Assembly (NCBI RefSeq): GCF_008831285.2
Contig: NC_045138.2
Span: forward strand, 29,822,001 to 29,886,000
Reading direction: 5' to 3'
Source of the DNA: Nymphaea colorata
Lineage: Eukaryota
DNA: 64,000 nt
In this document: one piece after another, positions 38,301 to 50,500 of the stretch
How the letters are laid out: each line of letters opens with the position of its first letter
Numbering within the stretch: position 1 is the first letter of the stretch
Translations under genes and position numbers: made by a program
Notes under the pieces: model-generated
Databases searched by the model: none
The model's input: the letters and a program-made list of their open reading frames with translations, nothing else
What the model was told of the DNA's origin: nothing

Positions 38301-40078
38301 AAAAAGACATACATATGCACGAGGCTAATTATATAAATAGATAAAGAAGATGAGGTAGATAGATAAATGGATGCATGAAAGTCAGGAACCAGAAAAGCAT
38401 GCATACTTTCTGGTTCAAGAAGCTTGAGAAAAATAGATTTGTGAAAGTAGGTTGAAAGACAAGGGATGATGCGAAATTCAAAATCCCAAATACTGCATGA
38501 CATGGAAGTACAAGAAATTAAAAAAAAATGAAATCAACCACACTCATAAGTCGACAATTTACAAAAGATAAACAAGATAGAAATGTTAAAAGCAAATCAT
38601 ATTGAATATTAGGAATTAAAGTTAACCAATTCTATCTCGATGGTGTTCATAACCTTAATGGAACGAGTTGGAACTAAGAATAAAAAAAGAACAACAGAAT
38701 CACATAAGAAAATTGAAAGTAAAAAGTCCATCTAAAAGAACCAAAGGGAGAACTCTTATGGCAGCTATCTATTGTAGGAAGTTAGGAATTTGGTCAAATG
38801 AATGCATTCTGGTTCTTGGCATTGGCAATTGCAAACTTCACTTATTGGGTGCAATAAAAAGAAAAAAAAATGAAAAGGTAACTTGTTCTATGCCTCCTGA
38901 ATGTATCTCTCGGAGAAAATATTTAGTAGTGAAATTCAATTACTACACCAAAAATTAGCTCCCAAAACCACCATTTCCCAGTTAACGCCTAGAGATTACA
39001 ACTTACTAAACATGCCTAAGGGAAAAAAACATGCTAGATATGTTAGAACCTAAAAGTGGAAAGTTGGAGACAATTTAAACATTTGAATTTGTTAGGAGGA
39101 GGATTAGAATGAAGGAGTTGTCTATTTTGGTACCTAAGGAAATATGTATTTTCTTAGTTCAGGCCAACAGTAATTAAAGATTTTGAACAGGGAAGGGAAT
39201 TATATGAACTCGAATTTTACAGAATGAGATAATAGCATCTTTCCCTTAAAAAGACAAAACCGGAAAAAAAATAAAAAATGACACGCCTGCAATTCAAAAA
39301 AGAAATAATTGTTTGAAATTCAGATTCAACTTATACTTACCTGCTGGAGATGCAGGAAGAATAAACGAAAGAAAAAAGAGGCCATGCTACAAAGAAAGGA
39401 AAACCATGGTTGATAGGAAGCTAATTTCACCCATCTATTCTTACGAATTTTAAATTCAAGCCCTACGGTCAGGAAATTTAAATATACGACCAATTCGTAT
39501 AGACGTTCTAAAACCACAAAAAGGAACATGGATGCATTACAGAGAAAGGAAAACCATGGTTGATAGGAAGCTAATTTCACCCATCTATTCTTACGAATTT
39601 TAAATTCAAGCCCTACGGTCAGGAAATTTAAATATACGACCAATTCGTATAGACGTTCTAAAACCACAAAAAGGAACATGGATGCATTACAGAGAAGAAG
39701 AAAATAAAAAACAAAGATCAAGATGACTGCAAGACTAAAAAGCTGACAATTTTCGGCAAAAAATAAAACAAATGACAGGATCATCACTACATCTTTGCCA
39801 ATCCATGCGCGCTGGTAGGTTTCAAATCCTTAAAACAACAAAACAGAAAAAACTCTTCCGAAGCAAAGAACTAAACACGCTGACACAGAGAGAACAAACA
39901 CCAAAAAAGAAATCAAACGAGGGAGAGGCAAGGAAGAACCGGACACTCACAAGACGCTAAGAGAGCGAGCCAGAGGTTCAGACACGGCCGTGGAGGTGCT
40001 ACAGATACCGGTGAAGTCCAGCTGCCTAGCGGTGAGCTTCTTCCCCGTGAAATCCGCCTGCTGGAGTCCTTGCTCCAT
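32340..40078 (-). CDS. Tesmin/TSO1-like CXC domain protein (TCX5/6-like, LIN54 homolog, DREAM complex), 8 exons, 539 aa
   Basis: Exons 40078-39951, 37950-37837, 36544-36367, 35482-35123, 34170-34061, 33930-33836, 33394-32993, 32572-32340 (1620 nt, in frame). Motifs: N-terminal ARQLDF; CXC1 [21 protein letters not shown]; linker [13 protein letters not shown]2 [23 protein letters not shown]-terminal [16 protein letters not shown]. Two introns require GC donors. Confidence 0.92.
39393..39696. repeat. Perfect 150-bp tandem duplication in TCX intron 1
   Basis: 39393-39542 is repeated at 39543-39692 with no mismatch seen. Confidence 0.95.
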
Positions 40079-40340
40079 CAGGCCTTCCCCGCAACGCACC
40101 CGAATTCACATACCAGTCTCCTGGATTCCCCAATTCCCGAACGGCAATTCACGGGTCAGCTAAGGGAAACCTAGATTCCTCGACCACCCGCGCGGAGGGA
40201 TCGCTCAAAAGGAAGAGGCCGGGGCAAGAGCAACAGTCCGGCCGTCAAGCAGGAAACTCATCCGCCAGAGTCCCGGTAATGGAGGCCCGCAAAACCACAA
40301 GGGACATCGAAGGACTGCCGATTGCGATCAACAGAGCATC

Positions 40341-40645
40341 GTGGCGGGGAAAAAAAGGAGGGGGATTTCGCTCTCGAGAAATAATTCAGAACAAAATTGA
40401 AAATAAAAAGGGACGGGAGGAAGCATTCTGTGTCTCCTCCTCCCTCTCTTCCTTTTGAAATTGAATTCGCGATATTCGACGGTCAGATCGGTGCCCTCGA
40501 GTCAATCGGACGGCCGAAAACTTTGAGCATATCCGACGGCCCGAATTCAATGGTGGTTCGGAAGGAGAACCCTCGGCCGTCGGTCTCGAGACGGTATCCT
40601 GGCGGGAGCGTTGATATCCGCTTCCTTTCAGGGCAAAACGGTCAT
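40341..40645. promoter_or_regulatory. TCX proximal promoter/leader with clustered MSA-like (RACGGY), CHR-like (TTTGAA) and E2F-like elements
   Basis: GACGGTCAGAT 40478, ATCGGACGGCC 40505, ATCCGACGGC 40531, AACGGTC 40637, TTTGAA 40454; GGCGGGGAAAA at ~40343 contains TTTCCCCG (WTTSSCSS) on the minus strand. Confidence 0.5.
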
Positions 40646-42337
40646 TTCGAAGACGAGTCAAGAAGAAGGAGCTCCAACTCCTGCAGCCGCCTTATTCCAA
40701 TGGCCACGTCAAGTTATAAAATTACGAAAATAACCTCACTTGCTGGTGGATCTAAGAACTCCCGTAACTCTGACGTTGGCATTTCTCACAATGACGAAAA
40801 TGTCCTTGGTTTGTGATTTACGCGGGTCTTCGTTTCAAATCCCACTCAAAACACCGCAGCTTCCTTTTTAGGAAAAGAGTTTGGTAGCGTTTGGATGAAC
40901 CAAACAAGTTCTTGTACAACCATTTTTTTTCTGAGTTTTGAAAATCTAGTTTTTTTAAAAAAACGAGGTCTTCAATTTTTAAAACCTGATTTATGTTTGG
41001 ATGACCAAAAAATGGGTTTGAGAAGTGCTTTCAAAAACTTTCAGCTTAACGATAGTTGATTTAGAGTTAATTAATTTAAATGGCAAAGTTAATAGAAACT
41101 GTACACATTTAAGGTAGAAATGTAGAAATATATATATATATATACATGTGACCAAAGCTCTATAAATTATGACTCAAAATACAAAGGATATATCTCTTAA
41201 TTTCTAAAAAAAAAAAAAACAATTTCCAGAAATATGAACTGTCTCGAGAATAATCCAACTCTCTCTCACTCTCTCAAACAAGAGATAAAATTTACTTCAT
41301 TGGGGGATCAATTTTAGGGGTTCCATCAGCAGCCAATATGTGCACCTTAGAATGTAATAGAAAGTGCAAACTTAAGTTTTATTAATGGCAATAATCTACG
41401 GAACCCAAACTTGAGTAACTACTTGTTTGTTTGCTGACAACTAAGATTAGAAATGTTTGCTGCAAGAATTTCAGGTGCATCATAAATAAACAGACAACCA
41501 TTTTCTTGATGATAAGCAAATAACAAAACCAAGGTGCCAAGAAATGGCCATCCTGAAAACTCGGGTCGACTTTGAACTCTGGATCCAGATTTTATGTTTT
41601 TTTCAAATGCATGTCTCTAACTAATAGTTATATGTAATCCAGCATGACCTTTATCCGGATTCGCTTGTCAAACCGCATAAATCTAAATCCAATAAGTATT
41701 CATATCCAGTTTGGGATGCTAATGGGTTTGGGTTCGATCTAGTTTGTTCTAATCAGATTTTATCCTGACCATCCAAACAGGGCACTCCAAAATCTGACAT
41801 TTGTACGACCCCGAGTTTCGATTTTTTTTTATTTGAAATTTGACTTGAATTTTAGACGCAAAATAACTTTGGAAACATGTCTATGTCCAACCAACTTTAG
41901 CTTCTGAACCTGGCTAAATAGATCTGACCCGATATTATTTTTACATAAGATATATGTTTCGAAAACATCAGAAATATTGCGGGCCTCATTGAATTTATAA
42001 ACTGCATGGTTGGCACCTAAATGAAAATCTACTTATTCCAAAACGTTACATTTTAAGATATTAATCGTGAATGAAATGCTATTTTAAAGACCAACGGTAA
42101 GAGAACTTGATCGAAGTATATATTTGCATTTTACAAAGACAATACCATAAAAGGTCTCAAATTATCATTTTTCTAGCCGTTAGTGTCATAATCAAACCTA
42201 TCCAAAGTCCTGTTCCAAATGAGGGTGGGTATGGAGTCGGGCTTAGACTAGTTATAATGCGGGGGCTGGACTGGCCTGAGTTGAGCATCAGGGCTCCGAC
42301 TCAACCTGATATACATTTTTTCACATTTTTGTTTTGA

Positions 42338-42339
<2 letters not shown>

Positions 42340-42381
<42 letters not shown>

Positions 42382-42401
42382 AGAGAGAGAGAGAGAGAGA
42401 G
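42340..42401. repeat. Compound (TC)n(AT)n(AG)n microsatellite, self-complementary
   Basis: Directly visible; the TC tract is the reverse complement of the GA tract. Confidence 0.9.
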
Positions 42402-43575
42402 CCGATAAAATGAAAAACATATAACCAAATTGGGAGATAAGAAGTTCCCTATATATAAAAGCAATCCTTTAAACAAAAGCAAAAAGAAGAAATATACAAG
42501 AGAGAGAGAGTTTTCCTCGACAGACATCCAATTTTTATAAGATATTAAAAACGTAAATGTTACATGAAATTAACGGTAAAGCCGGACCGATAACTAAATG
42601 AGTAGGCTTGGGCTGTCTTCGATTCCAATCAGCTAACGTGCATGGATAACTGGATTCCCCATCAGACCCAGATTTCACCCTCCTCCCCTTTATATGGAAA
42701 ATAGATTTAATCTCCAACTATTATATTTGACCTTTACTTCGCATAGAATGCGAACAGGTTCAATCATCGCCCACGTTTCATAAAACTTTGATCTGCAAGA
42801 TCGCAAATAACGGACTGCACAATTTTACGAAGATAGCTTTTCAAAAGGAAAATGCGTGAAGATAAAATCACGGATCCGAAGATGGAACTCGTTGACATCA
42901 TCATGCACGCAAACTCGTAACATTAAAAATTCCATAAAACAAAAGTATTAGCTTTTTGGCGTTGCTTCAGTTCGAGCAGGACAACGGAAAATATTTCGCA
43001 AAAAAACTTCTCAAAAATTCAAGATTTTCGTAAGAGAAATTTCTTCATCAGGGAACATACGAAAATTTCAGTATTGCATCTTCTCTCTCCGATTTCCAAT
43101 AAGATTCTAAGATGCAGACGAACCAAAAAAAGTTTTCCATACTGCCATTGTCTTCATATAAGCACTCGTATGTAAAATTACTTGCCGTGAGATTCAAAAC
43201 CACCTTTCTCGTAAACGGAATTTCACCTAGCTAGACAACTCGGTGGACCAAATTTTTAGCGCTTCCCATCAACTAGCACAATGAAGGCTTAATTGAGCAT
43301 TTAGTACTCAGTGCAAGTATTTAGGATTGCCGGACAAAAAGAGTAAGCAAAACAAGATGAACAGTGCCATCGATCAGGAAGCAAAAGGGAACTATTTAAA
43401 CATTATTTTGCATGAACACTTTGTCATCCCACAATGAAAATCTTTCTTGGTACACATCAGTTCCTCAAATTATGTCACCTTATTCTTCAGCTAATGACCC
43501 TTAATTACCTTGAACGGATCCCTTTTGATTCCCAAAGAAGTGGATTAAAGAAACAGGAGAAAACCATCCATGAGC

Positions 43576-44508
43576 TTACATGCGCGCCCTTGATTTTTCT
43601 GCTACAGAAGGTGAGCTCTGCAATGAACAGCGTATCTTCAGTTAGAAATAACCCTTACCTTATAGTTTGTATAAGGAAAACCAGAAAGTTAATAGGCCTC
43701 ATTGTTAAAGTTAATGAATGCAAATAAGCTCAGAGCAGCAGTTGAAAATGAATGTCAACGCCTTCATGGTTCGACCAGGGAAAGGGGGCAAAAATATAGA
43801 AAAGATGAAACACCTTTCCTCTCCGGGTCAGAAGCAAAAGAATGTCTATTCTCATTCATCTTAATTAGTGAAACATAAAAAAATGGCAAAACTACCCTGA
43901 TAACTGCTGGCTCGTTGGAAACAATATGTTTTTTCTCAAGTTGTGGTTTTAAGATGGAAAGAAAAGAGAACTGAACAAGTTTCTTCCATTACCAGAGGCA
44001 AGCCTGTCGCAGCCCTTTGCTCTAGGAAAGCAGACGGTTTGTAGAATGGTCCATATGTTTCTGCCCACTTCTTTAGACGTGAATATATATAACCAGCTCC
44101 AACTGTATCTGCCCAGAAAACTATCCCACCCCTGCGAACCAAGAACATGGTGTATTATATAGGGCATAGAGAGACTGTGTGTGTTAATCTAATGTTTAAG
44201 TCTTTAAGATAACATTTTATCTCATCAAACTCCAGCTGTATCCAGCCAAAAGAAGGACAGCAAAAGTTAATGTTTGAGTTCGCTCACCGATAAGAAGGGA
44301 AGCTCATTCCAAGAACAGATGCAGTATCCAGGTCTGATGCTCTAACAACTACTCCTTCATCTAATACCCGGCATGCTTCATTGACAACTGGGAAAAGTAT
44401 CATCTCAACAATTTCTTGATCGCTGACAGATATTGGCTGTCGAGACGCAGGAACAAAATATAAACAAGCTACGAATGCCTTCAAAAGAATAACATCAGAG
44501 AGAAAGAG

Positions 44509-44550
<42 letters not shown>

Positions 44551-47500
44551 CCTTTCCACCAGGCATTACATGTGTACGCCTTCGGCACTCCTCAAGAATT
44601 GGGAGTACGTCTGGATCTGGCTTTGGTTTGCTTCCCCTCTCATATAAGTAATATCCTCTGCCATTCTTCTTCCCTACATCAGACCAGGTGAAAGAAGAAA
44701 AACTTAAGACACCTAGGGGAAAAAATCAACAGCGAAAGCATACATTAAACATAAACACCAATGCTAAGTCAACCAAATTATAGAGATTACCATATCGCCC
44801 ATTCTCAACCATAATTTTCACCAATGGAGAATTAAATTTACGATCTGCAAAAGCAGCAGAAAACTCTACAGCAACAGCCAGTGCCACATCATAGCCAGCC
44901 AAATCTTGAAGCCTGCAAATAAAGATTAAGCAGTTTATTGTAAAAACAAGCAGAAAGTCTGTAGATGTGGCCACAAACATAGTAAGACCATTAGAGATTA
45001 ATGTAATATACCAAAAGGTGCCTTATTTTTTCAATTTTCTGTTACAGGCAACACTTTTAGCTGACAATTTCTAAATGGACACTCGGGTTGCAAGTCCCCC
45101 GTTTTAAAAATTTAACTTTGTGGCTTTCTATGTTTTCCTTTCAACTTAAAAGGTGATGACCATTGGGGTTTTGCCAAATTGACTCACAGGCAACTAACAC
45201 ATCCATTGGTGCCTTCCTGACACTAATAAAACCGCAACATCTGTACTTCTAAGATGAAGCCATCCTTTTGATACTTTAACCATGGTGCAGCAGATTGCAG
45301 TAGTCATTAACTTAATAAGTTGGGCTTTTAATTTTTCTCATGTGCCAATGCTTGTGCACAATTTACTAACCCTTTCTTTTTGCTTTCTTTTTGAAGAGAA
45401 CTCAAGTAAATTCATTGAGAGAACACAGTTCAATTACAATTCTGACCTCAACTATTTTGAACCACTTCAGAAAGCAAGGAGGGATTTGTCAATTACCTAT
45501 AAGTTAAGGTTGAATTAGAAAACCCCTTTCTTAATTCTTACATTCTGGCCTTCCTTACATTAAAAAGAAACAATATAACAGTAGGCCCAAGCTAAGGTGC
45601 AATGGTAAGCTAAGCCCCTAGTTTGGCATTAATCTGTTGTCAGATGTCATCACCTCAGAAAATGTCTACCTGCATGAAGAAAATCAATGACACGTCTCCC
45701 ATTGTCGGGAGTATGGCGAAAAAGATGGCCTTAATGGAAATTTCCTTTTTCTAAGGAAAGGTTTCACTCGGGCCAAAATAAGAGTATAAAATCATGAACC
45801 GGGAAAAGGAAGGTATAAGATGCCAAGCTACCAAATTTTGATGCAATAAAAGCATCAAATGAATGAAATGACACAGCCACAAATAGAGCATGAGTTACAA
45901 CTTACAACTAGATTAGTGAGATAAATATCAAATGTAAACACACGTATGTGTCACATGCTCGCACTCAGTAACCAGACTACAATACACCACTTTTACCCTT
46001 ATATTATATGCAAAAGTTGTATCTGATTGTCAACCAAGAAATTGTATCTCCTCATGATGGCTTTTTAGGAAGAATTACACAGAAATTGCTGTTGCTATAT
46101 ACGTGCATCATCAAAAAGTATTTCAGTTCACATCCTTTTTCTCCTTTGCCTATTGGTTTTTGCAGTTAAAATCATGCCTAGACTCCAGCCAAAGCACCGG
46201 ATGGCAGCCTAAACACTTAGGCTAAGGCACCTAGGCAATCCAAACAAAAAAATACTATTTATTAAAGTTTCTAATTTATAGCACATTGATCAAGATATGG
46301 GGTCCCTCAAAACCCCCATCCGATCCTTCTCCCTTTCCTTTCTTCCCTTTTTACGTTTTCCCCTTTATCTTCTTTTGAATTAATACCACCTAACCCCCAA
46401 CTAGGTGCTGCCTACGCTTCTTTACTAGTCCGTGACTTAGGCCTGCCTAGAGCTTTTAAGTACATGATTATGGATATCCATATATTACTAAAACAAACAT
46501 CAGGCACTAAAAGAAGATGAACTTACTGGAAAGGACCCATGGGCATGCCAAAACTGCTTATTGCTCTGTCAATCCTGAATACATCCACACCCAGGTTGGC
46601 CAAAAGGTGTGCCCCATCAGTGTAAGGAAAGAAGGTTCGATTAACCGCAAAACCAGTGCAGTTCCCAACAACAACAGGGACTTTCTTTATAGCCTTCCCA
46701 AGAGTCATAAGATCAAGAATCGCCTGGGGAGATGTCTTCTCGGTGCGAACTATTTCTAACAGGGGCATAACATGAGCAGGGCTGTCCATTGAAAATCAAA
46801 ATGCAATCATTGCTCTGATAACTGAAACACATTATCTAGATGCACAAATAAAATGCACGAACAAAAAATCAACAGTTTAACCAAATTTTCATGCTTGCCT
46901 TGAAGTTAGGACAAAATAAATGCATCCTGCACTTACATACTATGTTGGAGTTTGCTTCTTAAGCTTACTGTCATAATTAGACTGACAGCATCGACAAGGA
47001 AATCAACATCACCATCGTGTGGTGCTAATATCCATTTGACATTTACAAAATCCTTTCAAATACTTAAAAATTTTGGTAGGACAGGTCCACATTGTCCCCA
47101 GAGTTGAGACGAACAGGAAAGCATAAAGTATAAACCAATGCTTCCATAGATTCGATCGTATTTTACAATTATAGCTTCCATACTTGTTCATTTGGAATCA
47201 TTTCGTAAAGGACAAGACTAATAGGTGATGATTCGAAGTAATATTCCTCCAGCTTCAAATTTTCTCTCCTCATTTATCCATGGACCACGAGGTTTCTACT
47301 TCACCGTTTCAGTTAACACATTTACACACTTATAAATCCATTTAAACACAGAAATATTTCAAGCTCAGATATGTAAGCGTTCAGGGTTTCTTTTGTTTTG
47401 TTAGAAATGCAATTTTCTCTTCTTAACAGCAACCCAAGAATGACGTGATTACCTCCTCGCATCCTGATTAAGATAGAAGAACACCAATTCATAATGTGGC

Positions 47501-50500
47501 ACCTAACCTTCTTCAGAACACACTTAATGCTTTGACTAAGCATAGCCAATACGAGAACATCATAGATGCACAACAGCAATGGATGATCGCTTCAGTTTCT
47601 AATGAAGAAATTCTGCTTAAGGCTTGGACAAGGTGGATTTATAAACACATCCAAGTCATGAACTTTCTGTTACCCAAATATGGGCTTTCCAGGATCTTCC
47701 CCTGCAGAGAATAATTGCATCTCCAAAAATCCAACTTTTGAACTTTCCTTCTTTGGAATATCTAATTTCCTCACAAGCGACTAAATGCTCAAATGTAACC
47801 AATTCAAAAAGAAACCAAAACATTCAGAAAAAGCTTACCTAAGATTGTGCCCTATTGGTGTATTAAGAAAACTTTGGTGTTTAGAAAGTTATGTCCATGC
47901 AGCATATGGTTGAATTCTGTTACCATATGATCTAACCACTAATGTCTGAAGATGCAAGTTATGTAGGAAATTAAAGAATACCTGAAGAAATGTGCCCCGA
48001 TAATACGATCTTGAGAATGGGTCCTTGCGCCAACCACATTAAGGTCAATGGTGGAAGTATTTGTTGCCAAAATGCAGTGAGAAGGACAAGCTTTTTCTAG
48101 GTCATTGAATATTGATTGCTTCAGAGGAACCTTTTCTATGACAGCCTACAAGAAAGCAAGATGATACTAAATCCTGCTCCTGCTTATTTCAAGAAATAAC
48201 TAACATCTTATATGAGAAACTCAGGGAATGAAACAAAGAAACATTTTAACAGGACGAAGACAATAAACTTATCATGAGATGTCTCAAATAAAGAAAAAAA
48301 ATTGTGACTTAGATGTGAATATACATGAACTGAAACAAGAAGCAGCCAGCCTTCATCTGTCTAAAGTCAGAATCTGTTTCAATAAACCATAATTGAAATT
48401 TTATCTAGTATCCAACAATATTCTGCTATGTATTACAATTTAAAGTACACACTCTTTTGGGTCTTGGACCAACTTGCTTCTCAACATGCATGATGCATCT
48501 TTAGAGCTAATAGACACAAGAATCCAAACAGAAAAACTCCGTCTTACAAACAGAAAACTCTGTTTACTCATGGAAAAAAAAAAAAAGAGTTACCTCTATC
48601 ACCATATCGACATTCTTAAATTCTGAATAGTCCAGCACACCCTTTACATTTGACATGATTTCATGAAACTTTGCTTTTGGCACAATTCCCTTTTTCACAT
48701 GGCCTTGGAGATTTTCTGCCACAGTTCATGCAAACGAATCATCAAACCATTTGATATAGTGAAAGAAAGCAAGTCTGAGGCAGTAGACCACTATGCTATG
48801 CAGTATATGAAAGGGACTCCCTTCATTCTCGATATCCAAAACATGTTAAGATACCTAGGAAATAGAAAGCATGACCCAGGGAGAGGTTTAAGCCGAAACA
48901 ATGAGAGGACACTGCAACTAACCTAACTAAGGTAATCATAGAGTGCCTTATTGCTGTTTGCTGTTTTTAGTAAACTGTGTCTTTTGACTAAAATGCATCA
49001 CTCCGCCTTCATCAAACCTTGAACTTGAAAGTCTAAACCTATTCAATAGTGAATCTCTACTTTATGCACTCCAACAAATCTCCAATCATGCTGTATTACA
49101 TAACAATGGAAAGATTCTTCTTCTCTCATATATTGCTTGAGGTGATGCTCAGTCATTTCTTGTTTTTCTGATTATGTAGCTGAGGACTAAGAAAGCATGT
49201 CACATTATGATTTACCACTTTTTGACATACCAAATGCAAAGTTAAATTGGTATCTTGCATATGAGAATGAGTGTAGTTTCATGCACAGCTACCAAATATA
49301 GTTCCCAGGTTTTTGTTAGAGACGTTTCTCTCAAGAATGTATTGGAAAGATTACCTTTCTTTGGGAACTCAAAAAAATAAAAATATACAGAAAGTACTAA
49401 AAAACTTATAATGTAATAACCCGACCCACTCTCACATTAGGCTCAGGCCAAGCTGCCCCCTAGCAATTTCGGTTTCAGCCTGAAAAAAAGCTAAGAACCA
49501 TGACAAACAAACAACTTTAACAACTTTCTCTATAAGTCCCCCAAGATCCCTCACAATCTTAGATACGAGACTAAACTTATGGGGTGTTATAATTCACCCC
49601 ACTTAAGGCACATGTATCCGCACGTGTAGTACTCCATGTCCGAGTGTTGAACCGTGCTCTGATTACCACTGTGATGACCCCCGACCCACTCCCACATTGA
49701 GATCAGGCCCTTGATCCGGCAAATCCAACCTGCCCCATAGCAGTTTCAATTCCAGTACAAAAAAAAGTTAGGAACCAAGACGACCAACCATTTTAACAAC
49801 CCCCTTTATAAGTCTCCTAAGATCCCTCACAATCTTAGATATAGAACTATACTTTTGGGGTGTTACAATCCACCTCCCTTAAAGCACATGCATCCGCACA
49901 TGTGGGACCCTAAGTCCGAGTGTCGAACCATGCTATGATATCACTATAGCGATGCGACCTACTCACACATTGGGCTCGAGCCCCTAGACAGGCGGATCCC
50001 CAACCCACCTCCTCTAATAGTTTCAGTTTCAGCCCGAAAAAGGATAGGAAACATAACAACCAACCACTTTCACAACCCTCTTTCTAAGCTCCACTAGATC
50101 CCTCACAATCTTAAATACATGAATAAACTTTTGGGGTGTTACATATGAAATTACTAGTTTTCTGCTATTTTTTCAGAAAAACATTTGCAAAAATCACAAT
50201 AATTGCTAAAATGTCAAAAGAAACAAAAAAAGTAAACTTTGCTTTAAAATATCATAAAATTTTGCGGATATTTTATGCAGGAAACAAAAATTGGTAATAT
50301 CTTTGAAATGTCATGATAGATTCCCCTTTTTTTCGCCTTATTCTTTTTCAAGAATGTTGGTGCGGATTTGAAAATACTGTTGATATTTTGTGATTATGGT
50401 ACTGTGAAATTTTAAGATGATGAGCTCCATTTTTATCGAGCCACCACATGCTCAATCATACCACATGACCAATGGCGTATTATTCATTTGCCATGTCAGT

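Noticed and set aside
39326..39787. 153-aa hydrophobic ORF with an internal repeat in TCX intron 1
   Set aside because: Its length is a by-product of the 150-bp (multiple of 3) tandem duplication in T-rich intron sequence.
40386..40816. ORFs of 91 and 139 aa upstream of TCX
   Set aside because: GC-rich promoter sequence with non-ATG starts and no homology recognised.
49412..50143. Repeat-spacer pattern resembling a CRISPR array or satellite
   Set aside because: Repeats are ~190 bp and the 'spacers' are homologous to each other and carry PBS/PPT, so it is a TRIM; the context is eukaryotic with no cas genes.
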